DNA from: Callorhinchus milii
Taxonomy: Eukaryota
Reading direction: 5' to 3'
Assembly (NCBI RefSeq): GCF_018977255.1
Contig: NW_024704742.1
Span: forward strand, 61,692,001-61,756,000
Length of the DNA: 64,000 nucleotides
A program made the translations under genes and the position numbers. Positions 50,955 through 63,165 of the stretch are shown piece by piece (position 1 is the first letter of the stretch; each line of letters starts with the position of its first letter). The notes below the pieces were generated by a model, which did no database searches, was not told where the DNA came from, and worked only from the letters and a program-made list of their open reading frames with translations.

Positions 50955-52120
50955 AACAACAACAACTTGCATTTATATAGTGCATTTCATGTGGGGTAGC
51001 GTCCTAGACCGCTTCACAGTGGCAGAGTCTGATAATGAGCCCAGAGGAGAGGGAGTGGGAAGGTGACCATAATGACGGTCAAAAAGTAAGATCTTTAGGC
51101 AGGATTTGAAGGTGGGGAGGGAGGGGGCAAGGCAGAGGGATTGAGGTAGAGAATTCCAGAGGTTTGGGACGTAGTGGCTGAAGGCATGGCCACCGTTGGT
51201 GGAATGGAGGGGACGAGGTTGAAGCCAGCCAAGCAGAGGCAGCAGGTGTTGGAGTGGGGGTGCAAGCAGATCGGATAGGTAGGGAGGTGCGAGGGAATTA
51301 AATGATTTGAAAACAAGTGAGAGAATCTTGAAGTCGATCCTTTTGGCTGGAGCCTGGTAGGGACTGGTGTGATGGGGGTATGGAGTTTCATGCAGGTAAG
51401 TATCCAGTTAGTGGAGTTTTGAATAAATTGGATTTTGTGTACGGTGGAGCTGGGAAGACCACAGAGGAGGGCATTGGAATAGTTCAGCTGAGAAGTGACG
51501 AAGGCATAGATGAGGGTTTCAGCTACGTCAGTTGTGAGGTATGGACAGAGGTGGGCACTATGGGGGAGTGGAAAACAGTGGTCCTGGTCAGGAAACGGAT
51601 GTGTGGTAGAAAGAAAAGTTGGAGATCAACCCTGATACCTAAGTTGCGGACGGGTTCTGAGAGTCTGAGGTAGACCCCAGAAAGGTTGAGGAGTTGAGAT
51701 CTGCAGGAGGGAAGACGTTGATGGGAGCCAAAGGGTATGGCTTCCGTCTTGCCGACATTCAGCTGCAGGAAATTTGCGCTCGACCAGGCCTTGATGTCTG
51801 TCAATCAAGCTGACAGGACATCAATGGACTGGGAGTCGCAACTGGAGGAGAAGTAGATTTGGGGGTCATCGACATACATGTGGAAGTTGACCCCATGACT
51901 GTGGATGACATCGCTGAGAGATGCGGAAAAGAAGGGGGTAATGGATGGAGCCTTGGGGTATCCCACAGGTGACCAGGTGGGGGTGAGAAGAAAAACAATT
52001 GACTGAAATTAAGTACTGGCAGTTAGTGAAGTAAGACTCGAACAATGTGAGTGCGATCCCACTGAGGTGGGTGATGGAGGAGAGGCGGTGGAGGAGGATG
52101 GCGTGGGAGAAAGTGTCGAT
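50955..52120 (-). mobile_element. L2 LINE relic (type B)
   Basis: NFLQLNVGKTE, GIPQGS and HAILLHRLS relics. (CAA)n tail. Confidence 0.9.
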
Positions 52121-52744
52121 ACAGCAACCAACAGAGCCAGGCTGATGCGCAGTTAGAAGTATAGTATTGACCATTATAAAATGAAAAACATTACCCCAAG
52201 CCAGCTTTAGCTAACAGGCTGTGTTTCTTTGGAAACTAATTCCTACAGAACCAACACAAAACTTATTTTGAATTATTAGCCTTTCAAACTGGATGTTTGT
52301 TGTGTGTTGTTCTCTGTACAGACTTGTTTAGGTCAAGTCAGTATTCAATCATCCTCACTACACTACTGTAATAGAATGTCAGACTATCAGCAGTTTGCTC
52401 TTATTCCATTTTCTGGGGTATAATTCATGACTTACACATACCAAAGACACAGAATAGTTTTAGTTTTCATGGACTCATTCCAGAGTGAAGTACTGATTCT
52501 CAGGTTACACTCCACAGATGTGTGTTACATCATTTTCTCTGGTGTGAAATGCTCCCTTTAAAAATTGTTCAATACCAACCTTGCTCGCAGGTTAAAGAAT
52601 GCACACAAAATCTACATTAGTTAAAGAGAGGAACCTGGCCCACAAAGAGGGATCAATAAATTGACTTATCTGCATTAATGGTATCCTAAAGCTCCTGCGC
52701 TGACCAACAAAAAAAGCTAACTTACCATTAAATCATACATCCAA

Positions 52745-52987
52745 AGCTATCGGTGGCCATGCCTTCAGCCACTATTCCCCAAAACTCTGGAACTTTCTCC
52801 CTCAATCTCTCCAAATTGCCCCCTCCCTCCCCACGTGCAGATCCCACCTAAAGACCTTCCTTTTTGATTGTGCTTATGGTCACCTCCCACGTCCCTCTCC
52901 CCCAGTTCGTTGTCAGACTTCGCCACTGTGAAGCGCTCCGGGACTCTACCCACATGAAGGGAGCTATATAAATGCAAGTTGTTGTTG
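52745..52987 (+). mobile_element. L2 3' fragment (type B)
   Basis: gccttcagccactat...ctatataaatgcaagttgttgttg. Confidence 0.82.
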
Positions 52988-53051
52988 TAAAGTATTCTTA
53001 ACAAAATTAAGATCTGGCTATTATGTAGTGAAGGAACTAATACCTGAAATT

Positions 53052-53412
53052 AAATAATAATAATCCTTACATTTGATATAGCGCCTTATCACGACTTTGA
53101 GATGTCTCAAAGAGCTTCACAGAATATACTGTAAAGTGGATTGACTATATTTTATGGGCAAAATGCAGCAGCCAATTTCGCACACAATGTTCCACAAACA
53201 GTTGTGGATTGAACGACCAAATTATTATTATTATTTTGAAGGGATTATTACCTCCAGAAAGCAATTCGCCAATCGACTGACAACCAGGTTCCGACTTACT
53301 ACTTGGTAAATAGAGGCATGTGGAGTAAGGAAACTTGCCTAAGGTTTCACCTGAGAATCGAACCCAGGTCCTCTCGCTTGCGAGGCTAGTGCTCTAATAC
53401 ACTGCAGGACTC
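53052..53412 (-). mobile_element. tRNA-derived SINE, long variant, full length
   Basis: Reverse head gaatcgaacccaggtcctctcgcttgcgagg, core, and tail gatatagcgccttatcacg. Confidence 0.88.
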
Positions 53413-54387
53413 TAATTCCACCTAGTTTTAACCTAGAGAAAACATACAACCATAGAAATTTACAATACAGAAGAAGACCATTCATCTGATTGCATCTGTG
53501 CTAGCTCTTTGAAAGAGCAATTCTTTTCAGTCCCATTTACTCACCCTTTTTCCCATACTGCTTTGGTTTACTATAACCTGAAAGATAATTTTGTCTTAAA
53601 ATTTAAACTAGCTGGTTAGAATTCTGGAAAATTCAGTCTTATTTCAGATGCCATTTTTCCATAGTTAATATAGAAGACCTGTCTTCCAAACTGAGACAGA
53701 ATTTAAGAATTTTACACAATTATACACTTAAATTTTAAGACTGATTCAAAAATAGACCACTTGGTCAATTAAGTCAATTATTTTAACATACCATTGAAAA
53801 TGTATTCCCTCAAGGACCTCCTTCAACCTCTTGAGGTTCTGACAAGACAAGCCCTGTCCTACCCCAAAAGCAAATCAAGCAAAATTCCAGAAAATATATA
53901 TTATAATAATCCTTTAATTTCAGAATATCAGATTATCAAAATGCATAAAAATGCATCACAGAATTTTACTATGAAGTGCAGTGACTGTGTATTTGTAAGC
54001 AAATGTAGCAAGCCAATGTACAGAACCAGTTAGCCCAAGGCGACAGGATTTTCCATTAACCTATCCACTGTCTACAGTTTAAGTCTAACCCATCCAGCTT
54101 TGTCAAGCACCTTGAGACTTCCTCTTGACATGAAAGCCATTACATAAATGTAAATGGTATTGTGTAGCCTTCAAAAATTGTTTTCAAGTTTGATCATTTT
54201 GTTGTAGATTATTCTATATTTCCCTGTAGTATTACTCTTCATCAAACGTGACTAATCACTCATTGATGATCACCTTATAATAGTGCTGTCCTCCAAATCT
54301 AGCTTAAATAATACCCTGTTGCCTCCGTGCTTCATGCCCCTGCCGGGTCCTCTCCACAATCAGTGGGAAAGGCCCTCCAGCCATTCA

Positions 54388-54940
54388 TACAACAACAAAA
54401 TTATGTTTGTATAGCACCTTTCATGTCAGGAGGATGTCCCAAGTTGCTGGCCAATCAGTGTTTCAGACCTGAGCTGGGGGTCGGGATCAGGGAGGGTGGA
54501 GCGCAGTTGGGAGAAGGGGGGAGATCGAAGGCACAGTCAAAGAGGAGGGTCTTGAGATGGGTCTTGAAGGAGACAAGGGAGGGAGAGAGGTGCAAGCGAG
54601 GTGTTCCAGAGAGTGGGGGCAGAGTGGCTGAAGGCTCGCCTGCTGAACGAAGGGAGCGGGCGGGATAGTAGGAAGTTAGGAGGTCACAGAGGTAGGCGGG
54701 AGCAAGGCCACGGAGGGCTTTGAAGGTAAGGACCAGGATCTTGAACTGTATCTGTGTGATGGGAAGCCAGTGTAGTTGGGCAAGGATGGGGGTGATAGGG
54801 TCATGTAGCCAGGTGTGGGAGAGAACACAGGCTGCAGAGTTCTGGATGATCTGCAGCCAATGGAGGGAGGAGTTGGGGAGGCCGACAAGCAGGGAGTTTA
54901 CATAGTCAAGTCCAGATGTTATGAATGTGTATATGAGGGA
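54388..54940 (-). mobile_element. L2 3' fragment (type A)
   Basis: Reverse LQIIQNSAA and FKILVLTFKAL relics, plus tail. Confidence 0.88.
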
Positions 54941-56358
54941 TTCGGGTGGGAAAAATAGAAGCCGAGGGGGAAAAAATCCCTGCTCTCAGTGTTCGGCCTG
55001 TCCCTCCAAGTTCTCCTGAAGCACCAGGTTAGCTGGGCTGTCATCAGCAGTCACCATCTGGCTTAGAAACTACCAAAATTCCTAAAGGTGTTCTATTCCT
55101 TGTTTAAGGTATGTGTTTATCAAGTGGAAGCTGTGAAGCAATTCTATTCTGTAAAAATTAGGCTTTACATCAGGCTCTATGTTAATATTTTGCCTTCAAT
55201 TTGCCATCCAAAGGTTCATTTTCCTTGGCTGAAACTCCCTGTCCTCTCCCTGGCCAAAACATTTCCCTTCAGTAAGGTTTGGGCTACCCAACCTAGATAA
55301 AGCCTGAGGGAGAAAAAATAAAAATAATTAAATAGCATGGGCCAAGATGTTACTCAAACACAGCATATGGTTCAGATCCGTCCTGAATAGACATGTGATA
55401 AATGTGTTTAACTCATAAAATTATTCAGTGCAGTTAAGGGAGCTAACTCAGTTGCTGTTTAACACCCTGATTAAAGCTCTAGCCTATTGTGCTCAAAAGT
55501 TGAGGTGCCTGCTTTGCATTTCCAGCATTTGTCATATTAATTTCTGATTTTCAAGGCCCCACAGTCTTAAGTTTTAATTTATTTCTGCAGTTTTACTTCC
55601 AATGAGCTCAATCAGCTGTTCTCAAATGCAAATTAGTTTATACTGAATGTACACCTAATTTTTTGCAGTGTGTGAATTATTCCTGAGGCCAGTATAGTTT
55701 ACATATATCAGCAGCCCCAAAAGTCCAAAAGCCTCTTACACAACAGGAACTCGCTGGATCAAATCTTGATCCATGCAAGTTTGCAGTATTGTATGAGCAG
55801 GGTAAATTGGCACTGTGTCGAGTGCTTAGGTATCAGCACAATAGACTTTGAAGCCACCCTCCACGTTAAAATTGCAGCACTTCAAAACTCCCAGCACAGA
55901 CTAGTTGGACCATAGAACCTATTTCCATTCCATATCATTTTATATAACTCATAATGTTATCACTGCTAGCGGGCACAGCTGCCTCCTCTGTTAATGTATA
56001 AGCAGTTTCACAGCAATGTGAAGGCTTACAGAGCATTGTAACTTTGCTGAATTGTATCCAGTTGTTAGAGTTGAAATTGTTAGTTGTAACACAAAGTTCT
56101 GAAATACTACTGCGTCAGTTGCTTTTAACTATTCTGACCATGGACCATTAATCATTTGCTCCGCGCAATAACCCTTTGAAGTCATTCACATTATACAAGC
56201 CTAATGTTTAATGATCCATAATATCAACATTTTCTCCTTTTTTTTTATTGGAAAACCTAGATAAAAGGCCAAAGTCCATAAGTCAGTATACTGCCAAGGC
56301 TGAAACAGACAAGTCACATTGGGAAATGGTAGTTAGGTGACTCACAATTATGTCTCTT

Positions 56359-58548
56359 GAATCATAGAATCATAAAATCATACAGCACAGAAAGAGGCCA
56401 TTCGGCCCATCATGTCTGTGCCAACTCTGAAAAGAGCAATCTTACTCAATCCCACTGGTCCACTTTCTCTCCATAGCCCTGCAATCTTGTCCTCCCCAAA
56501 TACCCATCTACTTCTCTCTTAAAAGTTGTTATTGAATCGGCTTCCACTACCTTTTCAGGTAATGCATTCCAGATCCAAACAATTCGCTGGGTGAAAATTT
56601 CTAACCTCCCCTCTGTTTCTTTTAACAACTAACTTAAATTGATGTCCTCGGGTTACTGACCAACATGCCAGTTTTATCCGGTTCAACCTATCAAATCCTC
56701 TCATGATCTTGAAAACTTCTATTAAATCCCCTCTTAATCTTCTCTGCTCCAGGGAGAATAATCCTAGTTTCGCTAACCTCTCGTCATAACTAAGGTCCTT
56801 CATTCCTGGTACCTTCCTGGTAAACCTCCTTTGCATCCTTTCCAATGCCCTAACATCTTTCCTAAAGTGCAGTGCCCAGAACTGAACGCAATACTCCAAC
56901 TGAGGCCTAACCAGCATTTTATAAATATTCAACATAACCTCCTGACTTTTGAATTCTATGCCCCTATTTACAAAACCTAGTAACCCGTATGCTTTTTTAA
57001 CAGCTTTATCTACCTGTCCTGCCGCCTTCAGAGATTTGCTTATGTGAAACCCCCAGGTCTCTCTGTTCATTTGCCCCCTGTAGGATTGTACCATCTAGCT
57101 TATACTGTCTCTCCTCATTCTTCCTACCAAAATACAACACTTCACATTTCTCCACATTAAACCTCATCTGCCACGTTTCTGCCCATTTTACCAATCTATC
57201 TAAGTCCTCTTGGAGTCTGGTGCTATCCTCCTCACCATTATCTACTTTTCCTGTAGCTTAGTATCATCTGCAAATTTGGAAATTGTGCTCCCTATATCCA
57301 GGTGTAGATCATTAATATAGATCAGAAAGAGAAGTGGTCCCAATACCGACCTCTGAGGGATACCACCACTACACACCTCCCTCCAGTCAGAAAAGCAACC
57401 GTTTACTACCACTCTTTGCTTTCTGTCTCCTAGCCAGTTCTGGATCCATGTTGCCACAGTCCCTTTAATATCATGGGCTTCTATTTTGTTTGTAAGTCTC
57501 TTATGTGTTACTTTGGCAAATGCCTTTTTAAAATCTAAATAAACTACATCTACTGCACTACCTTCATCCACCTTCTCAGTCACTTCATCAAAACATTCTA
57601 TTAGGTTTGTCAGACATGATCTGCCTGTGTTGATTGTCCTTTATTAAACCATATTTTTCTAAGTGAGAATTTATATTATCCTGGATTATAGTCTCCAGAA
57701 GTTTCCCTACTACTGATTTAGGCTGATTGGCCTGTAGTTCTCAGGCTTATCCTTCTGCCCCTTTTTGTACAGGGGAGTAACATTTGCAACCTTCCAGTCC
57801 TCTGCCACCACTCCAGTGTCCAAAGAGGATTGAAAGATTGTGGCCAGAGCCTCCGCTAATTCCACCCTTGCTTCCCTCAGTAACCTGGGATGCATCCCAT
57901 CTGGACCAGGTGACATATCTATGTTGAGCACCAACAGCCTTTTTAGTACCCCCTCTCCGTTGATTTTTATATCCAATTTCTGTTCACACGCCTGCGATAT
58001 TGTGGCATTGGTTGCATCGTCTTCTTTTGTGAAGACAGTTGCAAAGTACTTATTTAGTACATCAGCCATGGCCTCTGCCTCAACAAGAAGATTTCCACTT
58101 GGGTCCCTAATTGGACCCACTCTACCTTTGACTAACCTTTTACTCTTGATATGCTTATAAAATACCTTAGGGTTCTCTTTTATGTTTCCTGCTCATCTTT
58201 TCTCGTACAATCTTTTTGTCCTTATTTCCCTTTTCACTTCTCCTCTGTACTTCCTATATTCTGTTTGATTATCCTGCGTGTTTTGGACCTGACATTTGTC
58301 ATAAGCCTTCTTTTTCTGTTTTATTTTAATCCCAATTTCCTTAGTCATCCAGGGAGGTTTGACTGTCCTATCTTTCCCCTTTATGGGAATGTATTTGCTC
58401 TGTCCCCAAACTATCTCCTCCTTGAAGGCTTCCCATTGTTCATTTGCTGTCTTACCTGCCAATCTTTCTTTCCAATCTATCTTGGCCAGGTCCCTTTTTA
58501 GCTCACTGAAATTAGCCCGCTTCCAGTTGAGGGTCTTTACCTTTGACT
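56359..58548 (-). mobile_element. CR1/L3-clade LINE, about 2.2 kb, 5'-truncated, disrupted ORF2 (RT)
   Basis: ORFs 57710..58120 (SPGPDGMHP...NYRPISL), 57242..57583 (DFKKAF...FADDTK) and 56555..57094 (LVRPQLEYCVQFW). (CATAGAAT)n tail. Confidence 0.96.
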
Positions 58549-59009
58549 GAGATATTTCAGGGGATCAAGAGAGATATTTCAGGGGAACAAAGACCAAATT
58601 AGCATTAAAACTGTAGTTAGTAAAGTCACTAAAGAGTGGAACAGAGAGAGAGTAGGAGAGGGAAGTCTGCTTCACACATTGTTTCTAGCAGTGTGTAAAT
58701 GACAGATGAATCTCCTCAGATATGGATAATATAGAATTTTGATTTGAACCTTTAATAATATAATAATCCTTGCATTTCATATCTTGCTTTATCATATCAT
58801 TGAGGTGGCTCAAAGCACTTCACAGGAATTACAGAAAAATGTAGTGATCTTGAAGTTATTCCATTTAGTGCCAGTGGAGCCTGGCAAAGATTGGAGTGAT
58901 GGACATGCAGAGTTCGGTGTGAGTGAAAATGCAGGCAGTGGAGGTTTGAATAAGTTGAGGTTTATGGTGAGTGAGTTTTTCATGGCATTTCAATGGAGAA
59001 GAAGTGAAT

Positions 59010-59391
59010 ATAATAATAATAATCCTTGCATTTGCTATAGCGCCTTATCATTCTTCAAGACGTCTCAAAGCGCTTCACAGAGTACACTCCAAGGTGAATT
59101 GACTGCATATTTTGTGGGAGAAATACGGCAGCCAATTGCATACAAGCAGTGTCCCACAAGCAATCGTGGACTAAGTGACTTTTTTAATTATTATTATTAA
59201 ATTATCAAAAAAAAATGGGATTATTACCCCTAGAAAGCAAAACGCTACTTGACTAACAACTGGGTTCCAACTTACTGCTAAGAAAACAGTGACGTGGAAT
59301 AAGGAAACTTGCCTAAGATTTGCCCTGCCTGGGAATCGAACCCGGGTTCTCTCGCTTGGGAGGCGAGTGCTCCAACCAATACACTACAGGA
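59010..59391 (-). mobile_element. tRNA-derived SINE, long variant, upstream of copy B exon 3
   Basis: Reverse head gggaatcgaacccggg...gagtgctccaacca, core caacttactgctaagaaaacag, and tail. Confidence 0.85.
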
Positions 59392-59614
59392 ATATTCCGT
59401 CTGGGAGCAGAGATCAACAGCTGTAAAATTGTAGCTGTGGGTGTGCAAGAAACCATTTTTTTCAGTCTGCCAATTTTCAAGGAAATTTCCCTGTGTCTGG
59501 AATGGAATGTGTGGTCTCTCTCCAGAGGAAACCATAATTTCACAGAATTGAATGCAATACAAAATGAAGTTTTATTTATGAGTAAATGAAAACACAATGT
59601 TTTTTCTTTTCTAG

Positions 59615-59721
59615 ACACCTTCAATAAAGTAGTGCAGGAGTTTGGAAGAATCGATATATTGTGCAACAATGCTGGGATCAACAATGAAAACATGTGGGAA
59701 AAGACAATTGCTGTCAATCTG
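59615..59721 (+). CDS. HPGD: HPGD-like gene copy B, exon 3 (107 bp): (D)[35 protein letters not shown]
   Basis: Poly-pyrimidine tract with ctag| acceptor and |gtaagt donor. SDR NNAG motif and Asn107 equivalent are present. Confidence 0.95.
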
Positions 59722-60109
59722 GTAAGTACAGAGCAATGAAGTTTCCTTAGTTTTGGTGATGTTTAGTTCGCAAAATTACCCTCATCTTTTTTTAATAAAT
59801 TGTGTTAATAATAATTGTTTTAAAAAACATTCTTCTCTGTCCTGCACTTTCATATTGTCATCCCTGCTGCAATTCTCCCTCAGGGTTATCTTCCATCACC
59901 TTGAAAGGAACATTTCACAGGTTTTATCTCTCTTTATAATATCTCCTCTGAGCCAGTCTCAGAACTAGAATTAAAAAGAGAACTTTCATTTCTATTGACA
60001 TCAAAATGTCTCAAAGCATGTCTCAAACACTGATAATCATTTGTCAGTATAATGACTATGATAGTAGACAAGGCCTCACAGACATCCATGATGTGCATGG
60101 TTCATTAAT

Positions 60110-60443
60110 AAATATTTTGCAAGTGATAGCCCTGGGTTTGATTCCCGGCAGGACAAAACATTGGGCTAGTTTCTTTACTCTACATGACTAGCAGTAAGTA
60201 GGAACCCGTTTGTTAGTCAATTGGTGGATTGCTTTTCCGGGGGTAAGAATTCCTTAAAAAAATTAAGAAGAATTTTGTCACTCAATCCATGATTGTTTGT
60301 TGGGCACTGCTGTATGCCATTGAATGCCACGTTTCACCCACAAAATATACAGTCAATTCATTTTATTGTATATTCTGTGAAACGCTTTGAGACGTCTCAA
60401 ATATGTGATAAGGCACTATATCAAATGCAAGGATTATTATTAT
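60110..60443 (+). mobile_element. tRNA-derived SINE, long variant, in intron 3 of copy B
   Basis: gggtttgattcccggcagg, ctagcagtaagtaggaacccgtttgttagtcaattgg, and tail gtgataaggcactatatcaaatgcaagg. Confidence 0.85.
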
Positions 60444-60569
60444 AGAACAACCTCTCACAAACAGTCATGAAGTGAATGACCTATTTGATTTGGGGGATTA
60501 ATGTGTAAGTTGAAGTATTGTTTTACACACTGTGCAGTCTTTTCATATGATCTTTGTGTTTGTATATAG

Positions 60570-60666
60570 GTGGCTTTGATACAAGCAAGTTATCTGGCAG
60601 TACAGCACATGAGGCATGACCATGGTGGACAAGGTGGAAACATTGTGAATGTGGCTTCTATGTCAA
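60570..60666 (+). CDS. HPGD: HPGD-like gene copy B, exon 4 (97 bp): VALIQASYLAVQHMRHDHGGQGGNIVNVASMS; gene presumably continues beyond the window
   Basis: Acceptor tatatag| and donor |gtaagg. GGQGGNIVNVAS matches human GGEGGIIINMSS, with catalytic Ser138 retained. Confidence 0.93.
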
Positions 60667-61694
60667 GTAAGGTCAAAATAAAACTTCTCACAAATAATGT
60701 CAAAGTGGTCAATATATTTACAGGGGGGTAGATATCCTCCTTCCCCAGGGTAGTTTGTGAAAGGATCCGTTACTGTGAAGTGCTCTGAGACGCCGTCCTA
60801 CATGGATGGCGCTATATAAATCCAAGTTGTTGCTTTTTGTGCAATTTACAGGTATTGAAAGATAAGAATTAAACTCCTTTTTGTCCAATTATTTTTGTTC
60901 TAATCTTCTCCCCAATGGTATATGCCTCTCTGCTCCTGGTCTGGCCACCTCTTACTAGGCTGTGATTTTCTGTTCGCTGGTTGCCCTCCAGCATCCCACC
61001 CAAGTGACCACTGTTCATGTGTCAGCCTTTGCAGTGAACGTCAGCCAGCCACTCTACTGTAGAGGTCATCATTGCCGAGCTTGACCACCCAGCTGCCACA
61101 GACAATCACAACCAGTAGAGGGTTCAATAGAGGGACCAGGAGCAAGAGCTGGTTTTCCCTTCCCTAACTGTGGGAAGGCAAATTTAGGTTTCCCATGTAA
61201 CCCTGAATGAGACGAGGAAACTCAGCACAGATCGGGATGTGCACCAGTGATAGAATACAAGAGGCACTATCAACACATTGATAAAATGGAATTGTCAATG
61301 GAAATATCTAATCCTCAGTGTTAGAGGAGTTTTAGATAAATTGGAGCTCTTCAGTCTTGAAAATAGATGTCTTAGAGGGGAAATTACAGAAGTATATAGG
61401 GTTTAAATAGGATTGAGAAAATAAACCCAAAACAATATTTTGGATGCACTAAGGCTGCAGCACAAGAGGGCATAGTTGTAAGGTTGCAAAGAGCAATCTC
61501 AACACTAACAACAATAACTTGCAATTATAGAGCAACCTCCATACAAGATAGCATCTCAGAGAGCTTAATTTCAGGACAGATACCTGGAAATATTTCTTTA
61601 CCCAGAGATTAATTAGAGTGTATTAGGTTTCCAGAAAGAGTACTTTGAAGCCAGGACATTGGACTCAATATAACAAAAACAGCATTGATGTTGC

Positions 61695-62090
61695 AGGAGG
61701 AGGGGGCGAGGCAGAGTGACTGGGGGATGGAATTCCAGAGGTTGGGGGCAGAGTGGCTGAAGGCCATGAAGGTGGGTGGGTCGGGGAATGTGGAGCAGGC
61801 CAGAGCCGGCTGAGCAGGGGGATCGGCAGGTTGGTAGGAGGTTAGGAGGTCGCAGAGGTAGAGTGGGGCGAGGACATGGAGGGCTCTGTATGTGAGGACC
61901 AGGATCTTGAACTCGATCCTCTGAAGGATAGGGAGCCAATGGAGTCAGGCGAGAAGTTCTGGAATATCTGCAGCCTGTCGAGGGAGGAGTTGGGAAGGCC
62001 GACAAGCAGGGTATTTGCATAGTCGAGCCTGGAGGTAATGAAGGCACGAACATGAGTTTCAGCGGCCTGAGGGGTGAGGTAGTGGCAGAG
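61695..62090 (-). mobile_element. L2 fragment inserted next to a degraded + strand CR1 relic (about 61290-61680)
   Basis: ORF 61842..62108 (AFITSRLDYANTLLVGLPNSSLDRLQ). Confidence 0.85.
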
Positions 62091-62299
62091 TTCTATCAAT
62101 TCTATCAATTGTTGTTGATAGACAGGAAAGTATATTTAACTCTAAAATTAATTTCTAGCAGTGTCCTGTACTATAAGGTACAAAGCATTGCACTGTCTAA
62201 TTAAAATTCACTTCCTTTTTTTGAAAATGAAGAAACAGAATTTTGTTTATATACTTTAATGAATAACTTAAATGAATAATTAACCTTTAAATCTCTCAG

Positions 62300-62615
62300 T
62301 AGTCTTGCTCCACGCTACCAATCTGGCCGCACTCTCTGCTCAGCAGACATTGGCCTGCTTCACTCACCCCACCATCGGCGGATAGGTTTTCAGTCCTGCT
62401 GTCCCTGGAACTCTACCCCCAAATCCCTTTAGTACTACACCTTCCCTCACCTCCTTCATTGTGCACCTTAAGACCTTCCTCTTTGACTGCACTTTTGGCC
62501 ATCTTTCCCCCACCCCTCGCCCCCATTCCAGCTGACGTACAAATCCTGGTTTGTTCAGTGACTTGAACATCCTCCAGAAGTGAAAGGTACTTTATAAATT
62601 TAAATTGGTATTGTC
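62300..62615 (+). mobile_element. L2 3' fragment
   Basis: ctggaactct...aagaccttcctctttgac...gtgaaaggtactttataaat tail. Confidence 0.75.
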
Positions 62616-62744
62616 ACAGCAGTCAACAATAATAATTGGGTTGAAATTAATTTAACAAACTGCTCAGATTTTGCTAGCATGGTTTTGGAATCTATCAGAG
62701 TGTATTACTGCTCTGTTGCACACTACAATGTATTAGTTACCCTT

Positions 62745-63165
62745 TATTGGTAAACTTGCCACTGAATCAGAAGCTTGTGGGTTTATGCCCATGTTAGGAT
62801 TTTAAACTCGAGGTCGATAATGACACTCCAATACAATTCTGGTGGAGTGCTGCATGGTCAGCGGTACCATCCTTCAGATAAAATGTTAAACTGAGATCCA
62901 GGTCTGCCTCTTCAGGTGGACATTAAATATGCCAAGGCACGATTCAAATCAAAGAGAAGGGAATTTCTTCCCGTATCCTGTCCAAAAGTCCCAAAGAAAA
63001 AATAGTTAATTCACATCATAGCTGCTTGTTGAGCCTTGCTGGTGTAAGTAAGCTACCGTGTTTGCCTACAAAAATTGTACAACACTTCTACACTTGAGAC
63101 TGAGTACCTGTGAAGCACTTGAAATGTTTCAACTTGATAAGGCATGATAATCAAATCCAAGTTAT
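62745..63165 (+). mobile_element. Deu-domain SINE
   Basis: ccatccttcagataaaatgttaaactgag...ttcaggtggacattaaatatgccaaggcac core. Another partial copy lies at about 63850-63970. Confidence 0.75.
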
